A stretch of DNA of 64,000 bases from Octopus vulgaris (lineage: Eukaryota), in NCBI GenBank assembly GCA_951406725.2, contig OX597837.1:15934001-15998000 (forward strand), read 5' to 3'. Position numbers and translations under genes: made by a program. The notes beneath the pieces are model-generated. The model saw nothing but the letters and a program-made list of their open reading frames with translations, searched no databases and was not told the DNA's origin. Of this stretch, positions 50,745-64,000 are shown piece after piece. Position 1 is the first letter of the stretch; every line of letters begins with the position of its first letter.

Positions 50745-51505
50745 TGTATTTTTAAAATTTAAGTGTAATAAAAGAAAAGTTCATAATTGTTTCTTACCAG
50801 CCTCAACAGAGTCCACGTGGTGGTGTTTTGTGTGTGGGAGCATAATGGGTGTCTTGTGCGTATATAAATTTAAAATGAGGGTGAGAAATTGGATATAAAT
50901 TTAATTAACATCAATTTAACACCAGTGGTCTAGCATATTAAAATCTGAAAGTTCAGTAAATTGTCGGTGCTACTAAGTTGCGCCGGCAACCGCGCCAGTT
51001 TAGGCTGTGCCACCGACTTTCGTAGACAAGCCACGCGTTAGGAGATCGTTCATCTACGCGTGCGCGACAGAAACTCGACGCAGATTCAACCTAGCCTAAC
51101 GCCCGGTGTTTTTAGGCGGGCGGTCCCTACAGGGCCGTAGTTGGCGCTCCCGGGCCGAGTTCGTGGCAGTACACGATGGCGAGAATCGATGGCTGCTCGA
51201 CGGGAAACCGGAACCTGCCCGATTCTAGCGGCAGTAGAACTAGAAACAAGTCTGACCTCGTGCAGACGTCTTAGTATATAGTTCTGCAAATTAAATTTGT
51301 ATGGACGGTCACACTGAAGATCTACGGACAATTGCGTAAGTAAAATTGGGTTGTCCACATAGTGGTCATCCCTCTCATATGTATGTATATATATACAGCA
51401 TATATCTTTCCATTCCACCATCCAACCAACCAGCCAACAGCTCTACGCTCTCTTTCTCTCTCTGTCTCTCCCTATTTCTTCCCTTTTCTATACCTATCTG
51501 TCTAT

Positions 51506-51550
<45 letters not shown>

Positions 51551-52052
51551 ATATGAGGCATACAGAACACTAAATACACCACATCTGAGTACAACACCCC
51601 AGAGTACACCATCCTACACAGCATACAACTTTGCACATTGCTATCGTCACAACCACCACCACCACCAACACAACCACCACAACCACCACGAACAACAACA
51701 ACAATAGCAATAACGACAACAGCAACAACAACAATTAAAAAACAATAACATAACAACAACAACAACAACAGCACTTCCCATGAAGTGTTTTGTTTGTAGT
51801 AATTTCACGCCTGTCTACGGCTTTGACATTTTAGCTGCCATATGGAGAATTGTCATCACAACTGACTCACAAATACACATACATACACATATACATACAG
51901 ACACATGTGTGTGTGGGTGTGCATGTATGTATGTCTATATATATATATATATATATACACTTACACACGGGCACACATATATACACACCCATTTACATGC
52001 ATATACACTTACGTATACACATATATACATAAACTTAAATGTAGATTATATA

Positions 52053-52101
<49 letters not shown>

Positions 52102-52179
52102 ACATACATGTGCATATACACGTTCACATATACATGCAGGTGTATCATATACATAATTTCTGTACCAAAGCAAATATAC

Positions 52180-52537
52180 ACACATACATACATACATACC
52201 ATACATACATACAAACCTACATACATACATACATACATACATACATACATACATACATACATACATACATACATACATACATACACACACTTATATACAT
52301 ACATACATACATACATACATACACACACTTATATACATACATACATACATACATACCATACATACATACATACACACATACATACATACATACATACATA
52401 CATACATACATACACACACTTATATACATACATACATACATACATACCATACATACATACATACACACATACATACATACATACATACACACACTTATAT
52501 ACATACATACATACCATACATACATACACTTATATAC
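52180..52537. repeat. (CATA)n compound microsatellite with higher-order units
   Basis: CATA runs punctuated four times by cacacttatata. Confidence 0.92.
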
Positions 52538-52900
52538 GGCAAACAACCTGACACACATCCTCACACTCCGCTTAATGTACTCATTTTCTGTATTTCAAGT
52601 CCCACCGCAACTGGTGAACGTTGACGTGGTTTGTTATGGATTTCCAACCGGCGAACCCCTGGTTCACTGCATTTGCCACAACGACAGAGTGAAAAGGGAG
52701 CGTCCATAACTCGGTGAACTTCCTTCGAAAAGCACCGGTTTTTCACGAATATTTGAAACCATTGCCTATTATTATACATCGGCCACACACACACAAATTA
52801 ATATGCAGTATGTATACATATTTATATATAAATGTGCGTTTGTGTGTATGTATATGTGTGTGTGAGTATGTATGAATGTATATTGTATGTGTGTGTGTAT

Positions 52901-52933
<33 letters not shown>

Positions 52934-53059
52934 TATATATACACAGGACCATTGTTCCGAGAGAATGACTCACTGACCCAGGATAAGTGAGATACTCAGT
53001 GAACAGTTTCAAAGTGTCTTCACTCCCCCCCCCCTTGGACACATGCTGATAAAAAATCC

Positions 53060-53900
53060 GGCTCAATTCTTTAATACTGAAGCTGTAAAAAGGGAGGCGC
53101 CAGCCATCGATTCCATCAACATTGAGGAGACAGATGTAACAGTGGCGGCCATAGATGAAGTGAGCTCATGATGGCTTCCCAGCAATTCTCCTGGATTTGG
53201 CGAAATCACTTCAGATACTTTTCCAAAATTTCCTTGCAAGTGGTAAACTTCTTAAAGAGCTGAAAGAAGTCATTATATGCCCTATCCACAAAGGTGGAAG
53301 CAGAGCAGAGACCAAAAACTACAGGGCAATCTCTCTGACTTCACATATCAGTAATGTCATGGAACGAACCATCAGAAAGAAGTTGATAATGTTCCTAGAA
53401 GAAAATGACCGACTGAACAATAGAGAGCATGGCTTGCGTCCAGGAAGAAGCTTCCTCACACAACTCCTAGAACACTATGACTGGGCTTTGAAACAGCTGC
53501 TTGACCATTCAGATATCAGTATGATATACCTTGACTTTACAAAGGTATTTCATAAGGTAGATAACGGCATGATATGTCATAAGCTACGAGACCTTGGCAT
53601 TGCTGGTAAACCGGGAGAGTGGCTGCTTGACTTCCTTAAAGACAGAAGCCAAGTAGTTGCAGCCATTGGTGCCCTATCTGAGGAAAGTCAAATCCTAGGT
53701 GGCGTCCTCTAGGGAACTGTTCTTGGGCCATTACTGTTCATAATAGCCCTCTTAGAAACTCTTTGTATTTTATCAAAGGTACCATCCACATCATCTAAAT
53801 TCAGGACCAGGTACTGCAATAGTCTCGGGTTCAAAGGCCCACAACCCTTCAATGCCCTGACACAAAAATTAAGAAATCTGCATAAGGTGGAAACAGACAT
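53060..53900 (+). mobile_element. Non-LTR retrotransposon reverse transcriptase fragment (CR1/L2-like), degenerate
   Basis: PIHKGGSR..NYRAISLTS..HGLRPGRS..IYLDFTKVFHKV..GGVL*GTVLGPLLF; premature stop and internal deletion. Confidence 0.88.
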
Positions 53901-54243
53901 GTTTCTGTTACCAACTTTGACCTTCCGCAAATCTCAAATTTTAATTTGGTTCGAGGGACCAACTGCCTTTCGTAGCGTCATATTGTCGTTAATTGTTCGA
54001 AATGAGGAGTAAATAAAACAGCCGACAACTGATGAAGGGTCGTTTTTTATGTTACTTTTCTTGTTTTCCATTTGTTTCTCTCGTTGTTCGCATACCCGAG
54101 TTTGTTTTCGTATTTCATGTTGTTTACGTTTTGTGACGTCCTGTACCCAAATATGCACATATACGTATGTATATATGCATATATGTATGTACATATGCAT
54201 ATATGTATATGTGCATATATGTATGTATATGTGCATATATATA

Positions 54244-54302
<59 letters not shown>

Positions 54303-54552
54303 GTATGTATTTTATTTATATTATTATATGATTGAACGCCATGCATCCATTTCCATATTACATGACGGGTTCCCACATTTTCCGTCTTCCAAATTCATTC
54401 ACAAGGAATTGGTCAACCCGAGGATATAGTAGAAGCCTCTTGCTCAAGATTCCATGCAGTGGGTCTGAACCCGAAACGGCGTGATTGCAAAGCGAACTTT
54501 TTAACCACACAGCCATGTTTACGCCAATACTTTATTTGTTTACATATTATCC

Positions 54553-54590
<38 letters not shown>

Positions 54591-54597
54591 CATCCCG

Positions 54598-54651
<54 letters not shown>

Positions 54652-54984
54652 GAGTGAGAGAGCAGTGCATGCCATCAAAGTGACACTGGGGTAAAATATA
54701 CGAAGCCCAGTGTACCCATCATGACTACCCGTCTGATAAGGGTACACTAGGCACATGCATCACAACCATATGTGCGCGACATGGTGATCTCATATCAAGA
54801 TAAACAGCACATGACCTTGCAGGTGGGGCCCAGTTAGAATTTCCTTCAGGTTGAGTAGCCCATCCCACTCAAAAGGTCCCTGAATAAGGGTTGTTTAAGG
54901 ATGTTGAAAGAACCACCCATGTTTCCAGAGGTGAATTATTCAAATCCCAAAGAATCCCTCTCAACACATGGCTATGATGCTCCC
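54652..54984 (-). mobile_element. Interspersed repeat embedded in (TTA)n (family E)
   Basis: Flanked by (TTA)n on both sides; shares about 130 bp (catccc.ctcaaaagg..ggctatgatgctccc) with 27709-28062. Confidence 0.75.
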
Positions 54985-55038
<54 letters not shown>

Positions 55039-56012
55039 TTCATTCTTCTTCTTATTGTTGTTGTTGTTGTTGTTGTTGTTGTTTTTGTTTTGTTGCGTAG
55101 ATTCTGTAGCAGACATGTTGTCACCACTTTGCCAGAACTCAGTTCTGCCAACATATTTCTAAAGACCATTTATCTCTCGCCCATCTTCCACCCATTCCCC
55201 CCCGCCCTGTTTCGTTTCTTCCTTTATCCTGCAATGTTTTCGGATCACAAATCTTCGCACGCAAACAGCTGCACAAATCATCCGTCTCGAAGCCGTAGTT
55301 ACGTACTTCAAGCAGGACACAATCTCTCAGCCTCCTTCAACAGATACAATTACAAGAAACACTCTTCTGCCTTCACCCTCCCCACACGTTCAATTCTTAT
55401 CTTTTATTTGCTTCTATCATTGGACTGCGGCCATGCTGGGGCACCGCCTTCAAGGCTTTTGTCAAACAAATCGACCGCAAGATTTACTTTTTTTTTAAAG
55501 TCTTGTACTTATACTATCCGACCCCTTTGCTGACCCGTTAAGTAACTGGAATGTAAACAAACCAACGCCAGTTATTCACCGATGAGAGGGGATCAAACAC
55601 TAACACATACATATATACGACGGCTTCCACACAGTTTCTTATTTCTTTATTGCCCACAAGGGGCTAAACATAGAGGGGGCAAACAAGGACAGACAAAGGA
55701 CAAACAAGGACAGACAAAGGCAACTGGTACTTATTTAATCAACCCCGAAAGGATGAAAAGCAAAGTCGACCTCGGCGGAATTTGAACTCAGAACGTAACG
55801 GCAGAGGAATTACTGCTAAGCATCTCGCCCGGCGTGCTACCGTTTCTGCCAGCTCGCCGCCTTCCACACAGTTTCTGCCTACGAAATTCACTCCCAAGGC
55901 ATTGTTTGGCCCAGGGCTTAGAGTAGAAGACACTTTCCCAAGGTGCAGAGCAGTGGGACAGACTTAGGGTTAAACAGAGACGACGACGATGATGACAACA
56001 ACAACAACAGCA

Positions 56013-56047
<35 letters not shown>

Positions 56048-56422
56048 TCACATTCTTTAAAATGATATTCCCATCCATCCAGTTCTTGGCGAAGAAGACC
56101 AAACACACTAAGCGACCAATTCTAATGACTAGCTTCATTCCCGCGAAGGAATTTGGTAAATTACTGTCTCAGAAGTCTTAAATAAATAAGGATTCCTTAC
56201 ACCCAGAACGTGGTTATTATAATATTTCTTATGTGATGTTTTTATTGCGAAATTCTGGAGTTTTTCAAGTGCGGTTTATTTCGGATCTACTTGTTTGGCT
56301 TCTCCACCTCCCAAATGCTAAAATTCCACAAGAATGGCTTCACAAGTGGTTGCAAATAAAGAATTTTTATTTTTACATCTTTTAACTCCAAAGAGATTTA
56401 GCTTTTTAATATTCCTGCTACA

Positions 56423-57950
56423 TAAGACGGCGAGCTGGCAGAAACGGTAGCACGCCGGGCGAAATGCTTAGCGGTATTTCGTCTGCCGTTATGTTCTGAG
56501 TTCAAATTCCGCCGAGGTCGACTTTGCCTTTCATCCTTTCGGGGTCGATTAAATAAGTATCAGTTACGCACCAGACGAGTGGATTGGGGTGCTAAATCGA
56601 GCGACGCGTTATGTCCTTGAGCAAGGGACTTTATTTCACATTGAGTTCCGGCCTAGTGCAGATGCTGCCCTCTTTCCCTTCAGCTGTCTAATCCCGAATG
56701 TCAACAACGGGAGGACTACACAGGCACCTACAATAATTTGTGAAAGCACGGTACATGCAGCCAAGTGATGCTCGTTTATGAGAAACAGTTATGTTTTTCT
56801 TTTCTCTCTCACTTTCTTTGTGACTCTTGTGGCTTGCACATAAATTGTAGGGTTAACCCTTTTGTTGTCGATGCTTTTGCATCTGATTTCCCTGAGTCGA
56901 CGATGGTCAGGTTTGCGTTTTTGTAGTTACTATTATATTATTAGTTAAGGCGAAGACGGCGAGCTTGTAGAATCGTTAGCACACCGGGCAAAATGCTTAG
57001 CGGCATTTAGTCCGTCATCACGATCTGAGTTCAAATTCCACCGAGGTTGACTTTGCCTTTCATCCTTTCGGGGTCGATAAAATAAGTACCAGTTAAACAC
57101 TGGGGTCTATGTTATCGACTCCTCCTCCTCCCCCGATTTTAGGCCTCGTGCCTTTAGTAGAAAGGATTATTAAGCAAAATGGTAAGCTGGCAGAAATGGT
57201 TAGCACATCTGGCAAAATACTTGGCAGCATTCCGTCCGTCTCTACGTTCGGAGTTCAAATTCCACCGAGGTCAACTTTGCTTTTCATCCTTTCGGGGCCA
57301 ATAAAAAATGCTTGAGCATTGGCATCTATGCAATGGACTTACATCCTCCGCCGAAACTGTTGGCCTTGTGCTAATATTTGAAATCAATATTTTATTTCAG
57401 AGGTCGACAAACTTCTTATATCATTGATCTCTTCATGGAATCATCGATAACTTATCGAACCCCATCGTGTAAATTTCGAAAAGGTACAATTAGTAAACGA
57501 TTGCGTCATTTAAATACAATAATTCTTGAGCTCTTTTGAGTCATTCTCGCTTTTTATTTTAAAACATTTAAAGAAATTTAGTGGAAATAAAACAGGCAAA
57601 ATTCTAAGCAATGCTTCTTCCGACTCATTAGATTCTGGGTTCGAATTCCGTCGAGGCCGACATTTTCTCTCATCCCTCCAGGGACGTTAAAATAAATACC
57701 AGTAAAGTTCTGAGTCGACTTTCTCTTCCCGTTGATTGTTCTGAGAGAATTATGAACGGTTGTGATTTGGCAAAATGGACAAAGTGCTCAGCAGTATTTC
57801 TTCCTGCTTTACGTTCTGAGTTCAAACCCCATCGAAGTCGATTTTGCCTTTCATCTTTCCGGGTCGATAAAATAAGTACGGGCTGAACTCCGGGGTAATG
57901 GAATCGATTAACCCCTCCCTCAAAATTTCAGACTTTCTATCAACAGAAGA
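56423..57950 (+). mobile_element. Cluster of about 5 tRNA-derived SINE copies (family A)
   Basis: Repeated ggcgagctggcagaa..gttcaaattcc (A/B-box-like head) plus gtcgactttgcctttcatcctttcggggtcgataaa; copies near 56423, 56955, 57175, 57605 and 57760. Confidence 0.85.
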
Positions 57951-58257
57951 AAGGTTTGTTATTATCATGATCTCATCATCAGCAGCACCGAAGACTGGGT
58001 CTTTGGATTCGCCTCTGTCACATTCCTAGAAATAACATTTCTTAATCCCACGCCACCTTTCCTTTAACCGCAGTTTTCTTAGGAGGAGTTGGCTGAGAGC
58101 TGCAGATTTTCTCCATCCATTTCGCTTGTTGCTTTTGTTTTATCTTTCATAACTGCGTCAAAATATGGGAGAAAATATTGCATCAGTTATCAAAATCAAT
58201 CAACTGGAGAGGAATAGCAAAGTGAGGGAAAACTTCATTTTCGCACTCACCTTTCTT

Positions 58258-58340
<83 letters not shown>

Positions 58341-59361
58341 CTTTCGTAACGTCTCTATCGTCTGCCTTGCCTGTCGTCTGCTCCTCTGAGTTACACAGCA
58401 TCGTCTGTTCGCTTTCTTTCTGAGTTTGTATGGGATTACTCTCTCTCTCTCTCTCTCTCTCTCTGTCTAAATAGAAGTCAACCATTTTCTGCGTGTCTTT
58501 CTTTTTGATTCTGTTTCTGTTGTCGTTGTTGTTTTGTTTTTGTTGATGTTATGAATTCAAAAATGGACTTTCCTCGAACAGTTTTTTATTTCCAGACAAA
58601 TTACTTCTCTCTTGTTTGAGTAGAAAAACATTAGCAAACTGTCGGCGTTGATCCTTTTGAAAGAAAATATTGTTAGGCTCCCGTGTAAGCAAATTCCAGA
58701 ACGAAGTCAAAAGGGAGGTAAAGGTAGAGGTAGGAGTGAAACATGAGAGACTGAGGAGAGAGGGTGAAGGTGAAGTTTAAGTGAAAGAGAGACGAAGAAA
58801 GAAATGAGGAAGGGGGAGGGGTGGGGTGACTGGTTGGCTAGTAGGCTGGTTGGTTGGTTGGTAGAAGTGAAAGAGAGATAAATAGACGGGGAAAGACAGA
58901 GAAAGAGAGACAGTTACACACACGCACACACACATACAAAGACACACACACAAAGACATACACTCTCTCTCTCACACACACACATATACATACACACGCA
59001 GACATACACGCACTCACACATACACACACAATATTTATTGCGTACCCACAGAGAAAGAGAAGGGAACATGGGTAATGAGACTTAAAGAGAGAAAAGAGAG
59101 AGAAAAGAGAGTTATCTATCTGTCTGTCTGTCTGTCTGCCTGTCTGTCTATCTCTATATGTAGATAAATAGATAGATAGGGAAAACTGAGTGAGAGAGAA
59201 AGATAGAAGAGGTGGAGAAAGAGAGAGTGAGGGTAGAGAAACAAATAGATATTGAGGGGGGAAAACTAATGAATGAGGCAGACGATTGTAGAGTCGTTAT
59301 ATAAGTTGGTTATACAGAGGTAGATTGATATAGATTGACATAGAGAGACATAGATAGATAG

Positions 59362-59413
<52 letters not shown>

Positions 59414-61014
59414 GAGAGAGTGGTACAGAGAAAAACGATGGAGGGAGAGAGAGAAGAGATAGGAGGTGATAGGTTGGGAGTGGGGTGAGGTGAGACAGTA
59501 AAAATGAGGTGGAGGTAATGGGGAGGGTATAGCAGTGGTTGTGGGGATAGATAGGGTTAAGTAAAGGGGTGATGAGAGGGATAAAGAGAGAGAGAGAGAG
59601 GGAGAGAGAGTGGGGGATGTGAGAGAAAAAGAGAGAGGGAAGAGAGAAAGAGAAAGCTTTTGTTGAGAAATGAAAATATTAGCAATTGCAGGGGCGGAGT
59701 AGTTTTTTACACGCATGACCACCACTACCAACGAGTTAAGTGACATGACAGAGACAGAATGTGGGGTGGTGGTGGTGGTGGCGGTGGTGACAGTGATGAA
59801 GATGAGGGTGGTAGTAGTAGAAGCAGTAGTAGTGGTGTTGTTATGGTGGTAGTGGTGGTAAGTACTGATTGTTCTTATTGTTGTTGCGGTTGTTGTTGTT
59901 GGTGGTGGTGGTGGTTTAAGTAGTAGTAGTAAAAATGTTGTCAGTGACTGCGGCGCTGTTGGCTCCGATTATGATGTCGTGATGTTCCTTCTCGCCGCTG
60001 GGGTCAATGTAATCGACCAGCCCCAACCACAAGATTTCGGGCCTTATGTGCCTATAATAGAAAGGGTTATGATGTTGTTATTGCTGTTGTTGGTGGAGCC
60101 AAGTAATGGGTGCAGAGTGGATAGGAGATGAGAAATAGATTTGGTCGAAGACTAGGCTGACGACACCAGTTGCGACCGTGCAAGATGGCGGAAAGACCCA
60201 TTGGTGGTCACGCCCGATGCCCCGCGTGCAGCGTCAGGAACGAAAGGGAAATATACGATTTGATGGAGATGAATAAACTGTTTTATCATTTTGTCAGTAA
60301 AACTGAATTTTTTTCCTGATTTAATCATCTCATTAATTAATACACATAAATTGTATGTGTGTGCGCGCGCGCGTGTGTAATTGAAAGAATTGGAGTCAAC
60401 AAGAAGGTTGGATGTTTATGCTGACTCCAATGTTTTCAATTATCTCTTCACACATGACAGATGCCCCCAAACGCAAACCTGGAAGCACAAGGCAAATCTG
60501 GACTCTACTACGTTCTTAACACAATATACCATAACTGTGTGTATATATATATATATATATATATACATACACACACACACACACATTTGAAAGTCTGTGA
60601 GGATTACTTAATACAGTTTTTGAAGTGTAAAGGTGATATTTTTAAAGAAATTATTTTTCAAAAAATGTTATGAAATCTTTTATCAGAATGTTACTAACCG
60701 TTTTTGGGAAGACGGTTTTTTTTCTATTATGTAAGCACGCGCGCACGCACACACACAATACATACATACATACATACATACATACACACATACATACATA
60801 CATATATTTATTTAGAATATGATAGGTTTAGTTCACTCGTGATCTAAACGAATTGGTACACTGGGTGAGTGCCATGGTTGGTCGACCGTTAGGTTCCAAG
60901 ATCGCTGCTAAGTCTGGATCTAGGGATCATGTTATGGTTCCGTTATAGCAGGTATCTATTATGTTAGAGGGAAAATCGAAACCAAGACAGAACGAGAATC
61001 TAATTTAGAATAAT

Positions 61015-61496
61015 CAACTGTGAGGGGAAATCATGGAATCACCATCCATGAGTTATCAGATGATGTGCAGATTAGTTACGGTTCAGTGCAGTCCATTATC
61101 ACTGAAGATTTGGTTATGAGACGCGTGTCCGCCAAGTTTGTGCCAAAACTGCTTTCAGCTGACCGAAAAGACACTCCGGTTTCAGTCGCTCAAAATCTTG
61201 ATTGTGTCGAGAACGATGAAAACATTTTGAAAACTTTGCGTAGGCCCCTGAGCAGGTAATGCCAAGCTTTTGGCTAATCTTCTTGCAGACTCTCTGCTCA
61301 ACTTACTTTGCCATGATCAATGCGACGAACACACCCTACACACGTTCCTTCCAGGCACTGCTGTAAACAGCGGATGGAAGGTAGAACGTTAAAACTTAGT
61401 GTGCATGCACAGCAGAGTTCAAGGTCAATATGGTCCGAGCGGGTTTACTCTGCTTGCTCCAGCAACAGTCCGGATACTTATTGATCAGACATCGTT
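61015..61496 (+). mobile_element. Truncated second copy of the same mariner derivative
   Basis: ITIHELSDDVQISYGSVQSIITEDLVMRRVSAKFVPKLLS (WVPxxL-like motif) followed by the TIR ggatacttattgatcagac. Confidence 0.85.
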
Positions 61497-62547
61497 GCTC
61501 TGACGGCACATTTTTATTGCCAGTCTCTTATATTTGCATTACTTTAACAATTTCTGATTTTGGTACAAAGACAGCAATTTTGAGGCGACGGGGGTGGTCA
61601 ATAGCACCGATCCCAGTGATTGACTGGTACTTTAGTTTATCGATCCCGAAAGGATGACAGCGAAGTTGCATGACCAAATGGTTCAGGTGCTGCACTCACG
61701 ATCGCAAGATGGTGGTTTCCATTCCCGGACCGGGCGGTGCTTTGTGTTGTTGAGCAAAATGCTTTATTTCTCATCGTTCCGGTTTACTCTTCAACGAAAT
61801 GGCGTCTCGTTGAGATCTCGGTTACTTGCACTGCACGGAAAATGGGTAATCGCTCATAAAAGCCCTAGGATTTGAAAGAATGGTGTCCAGGGATTGATGA
61901 TGACGACATCGACGACGATGATGTCTTATAAGACTATAGACCTGCTTCTGGGTGGTTTCACTCGAAGGTACTGGTTCGAACAAGTATTACTGTGGAAAAC
62001 AAACAGCTGCCCACGCATGCAACTCCTTCATATGTCCTTTCTTCAGCACCGATTGTTTTCGAAAGAAAGGTCAGGCCAACTTGGGCCGATAAAGTTTGGC
62101 AACAGTTTCTTTGCAGGCATTGTCATCCGAACACACGGGGCAGGGAACGGATAGGATAAAACATCCTGTCCAACATCCAGAAAGAAAAGAAAGAAAAAAA
62201 TAGGAAAAGAAAGAATTATAGACGAGATTAACCTCAGAGGGATTTGAACTCAGGATGCAGGCAGCAGGAATAAAAAACATTGAAGATATTTTATCCAACG
62301 CTCTAAACGACTCCACCAATTCCCAGATTTACCTTTCTCAGCACCATCCGCTACCACTGCACCGTCACGCTACCATTCTTCTTACCACGGCACCGCAACC
62401 ATGACGACCGTTAAACAAAAACACAATACAACACAATCAAGCAGTTCCGCTTCACTTGCTAACAATCAATTATTCATTTATTGATTGCTAATTATTATCG
62501 TCTGCTACCTTCATTTACGCTAATAAACAACAACAACAACAACAACA

Positions 62548-62582
<35 letters not shown>

Positions 62583-62583
62583 A

Positions 62584-62621
<38 letters not shown>

Positions 62622-62765
62622 ACACATACACAAATAAACACACGTACGAAAAAGCACAGAAACAAACAATGGAACCGATTCTTTCGCTTAGGAATCTTCT
62701 GCGAGTTCTTATAATGTTTTAAGGGGGCATTCTAAGTGAAACAATACATACATACATATAATTAT

Positions 62766-62810
<45 letters not shown>

Positions 62811-62818
62811 TATACATA

Positions 62819-62888
<70 letters not shown>

Positions 62889-62904
62889 TATGTATATATA
62901 TGTA

Positions 62905-62960
<56 letters not shown>

Positions 62961-63089
62961 CGCATGCAAGTATCCATACTTTCTCCTCAAAGCCAGTCAC
63001 ATGTACATACACACGCGTCGGTTAAATCGAACTAAACAACCCAATTATTCGATCAAACACTACTCTCTCTCTCTCTGTCCCTGTCTGTC

Positions 63090-63141
<52 letters not shown>

Positions 63142-63200
63142 CATTCTGTTGTTCTGTGAGTAACCGAGTATTCCACATACACACCTATAATTTTTTTCTC

Positions 63201-63556
63201 GTACTTGTTTCAGTCATTAGACTGTGGCCATGCTGGGGCACCGCCGCCTTGAAGAACTCGACCCCAGTACATTTGTTTTAAAGACTGTGACTTCCAACGG
63301 TCTCTAGCTGAACCGCTAAGTTACAGGGATGTAAACACATCAAGACCGGTTGTCAAGTGGTGGGGAACAAACAGACAGACAGACAGATACATTTATATAC
63401 AGCGGGTTTCTTTCAGTTTCCTTCTACCAAATTCATTCACAAGGTTTTGGTCGACCCTTGGCTGTAGTACAAGACACTAGCACAAGGTGCCACGCAGTGG
63501 GACTGAACCCGGAGTCATGTGGTTGAGCAGCAAGTTACCACACAGCCACGTCTACG
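63201..63556 (-). mobile_element. SINE family B copy
   Basis: Same consensus as 27281-27612, including the tRNA-like head. Confidence 0.8.
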
Positions 63557-63589
63557 CCTATCTCTCTCTCTCTCTCTCTCACTCACTCA

Positions 63590-63623
<34 letters not shown>

Positions 63624-63691
63624 ATCTATCTATCTATATTGGAATAGTATACGTGCATGCATGTATGTATGTATGTATGTATGTATGTATG

Positions 63692-63740
<49 letters not shown>

Positions 63741-64000
63741 TTTCATTTGTTTCAGTCATTTGACTGCGGCCATGCTGGAGCATATATATATATATCGTCA
63801 CGCGCAAGGCTTAGGCCGACTAGAAGCTTTGCTAAAATGACACTCGTTTGATGTTTAATGCATCGAACCTGCTTCCTCAAGAGTGTAGGTGAATTTCTTA
63901 ACTATTCAGCCATATTTGCATTTGCATGCATACACACATATACACACACACATGCATACAAATGTGTATCTGTTTGTGCATTGATATGTCCATAATGCAT

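Noticed and set aside
54029-54035. CTGATGA core in a TA-adjacent segment (about 53935-54155)
   Set aside because: No downstream GAAA with a paired stem II; it may be a remnant of a related element but cannot be called a hammerhead
60157-60250. CTGACGA..CGAAA as a hammerhead
   Set aside because: Stems II and III do not pair, and the core pairs with cgtcag instead

Overview
This is eukaryotic genomic DNA. It is AT-rich and saturated with (TA)n, (CA)n, (CATA)n, (GA)n and triplet microsatellites plus tRNA-derived SINEs. The repeat landscape looks like an octopus genome (inference from recall of repeat families, not a database result). Almost all ORFs in the supplied track are microsatellite artefacts. 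One protein-coding gene could be rebuilt by hand: a 20-exon minus-strand gene (25936 to 3294, about 697 aa, all introns GT-AG and phase-consistent). It encodes an STKLD1/SgK071-like N-terminal pseudokinase with a C-terminal helical/armadillo-like region, and has an RFX X-box and paired CCAAT boxes just upstream. The region 27-64 kb has no supportable gene; it holds decayed mariner elements, LINE fragments, SINEs, a 0.9-kb (TTC/TCC) tract and an old 37-bp minisatellite. The main finding is a set of at least 8 short non-coding insertions next to (TA)n tracts that carry minimal type I hammerhead ribozyme motifs of the Penelope-like-element kind. Four are near-perfect foldbacks with one motif per arm. 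Two loci show compensatory changes at the C3-G8 core pair (G3-C8 and U3-A8). Repeat boundaries were read by eye and are approximate.
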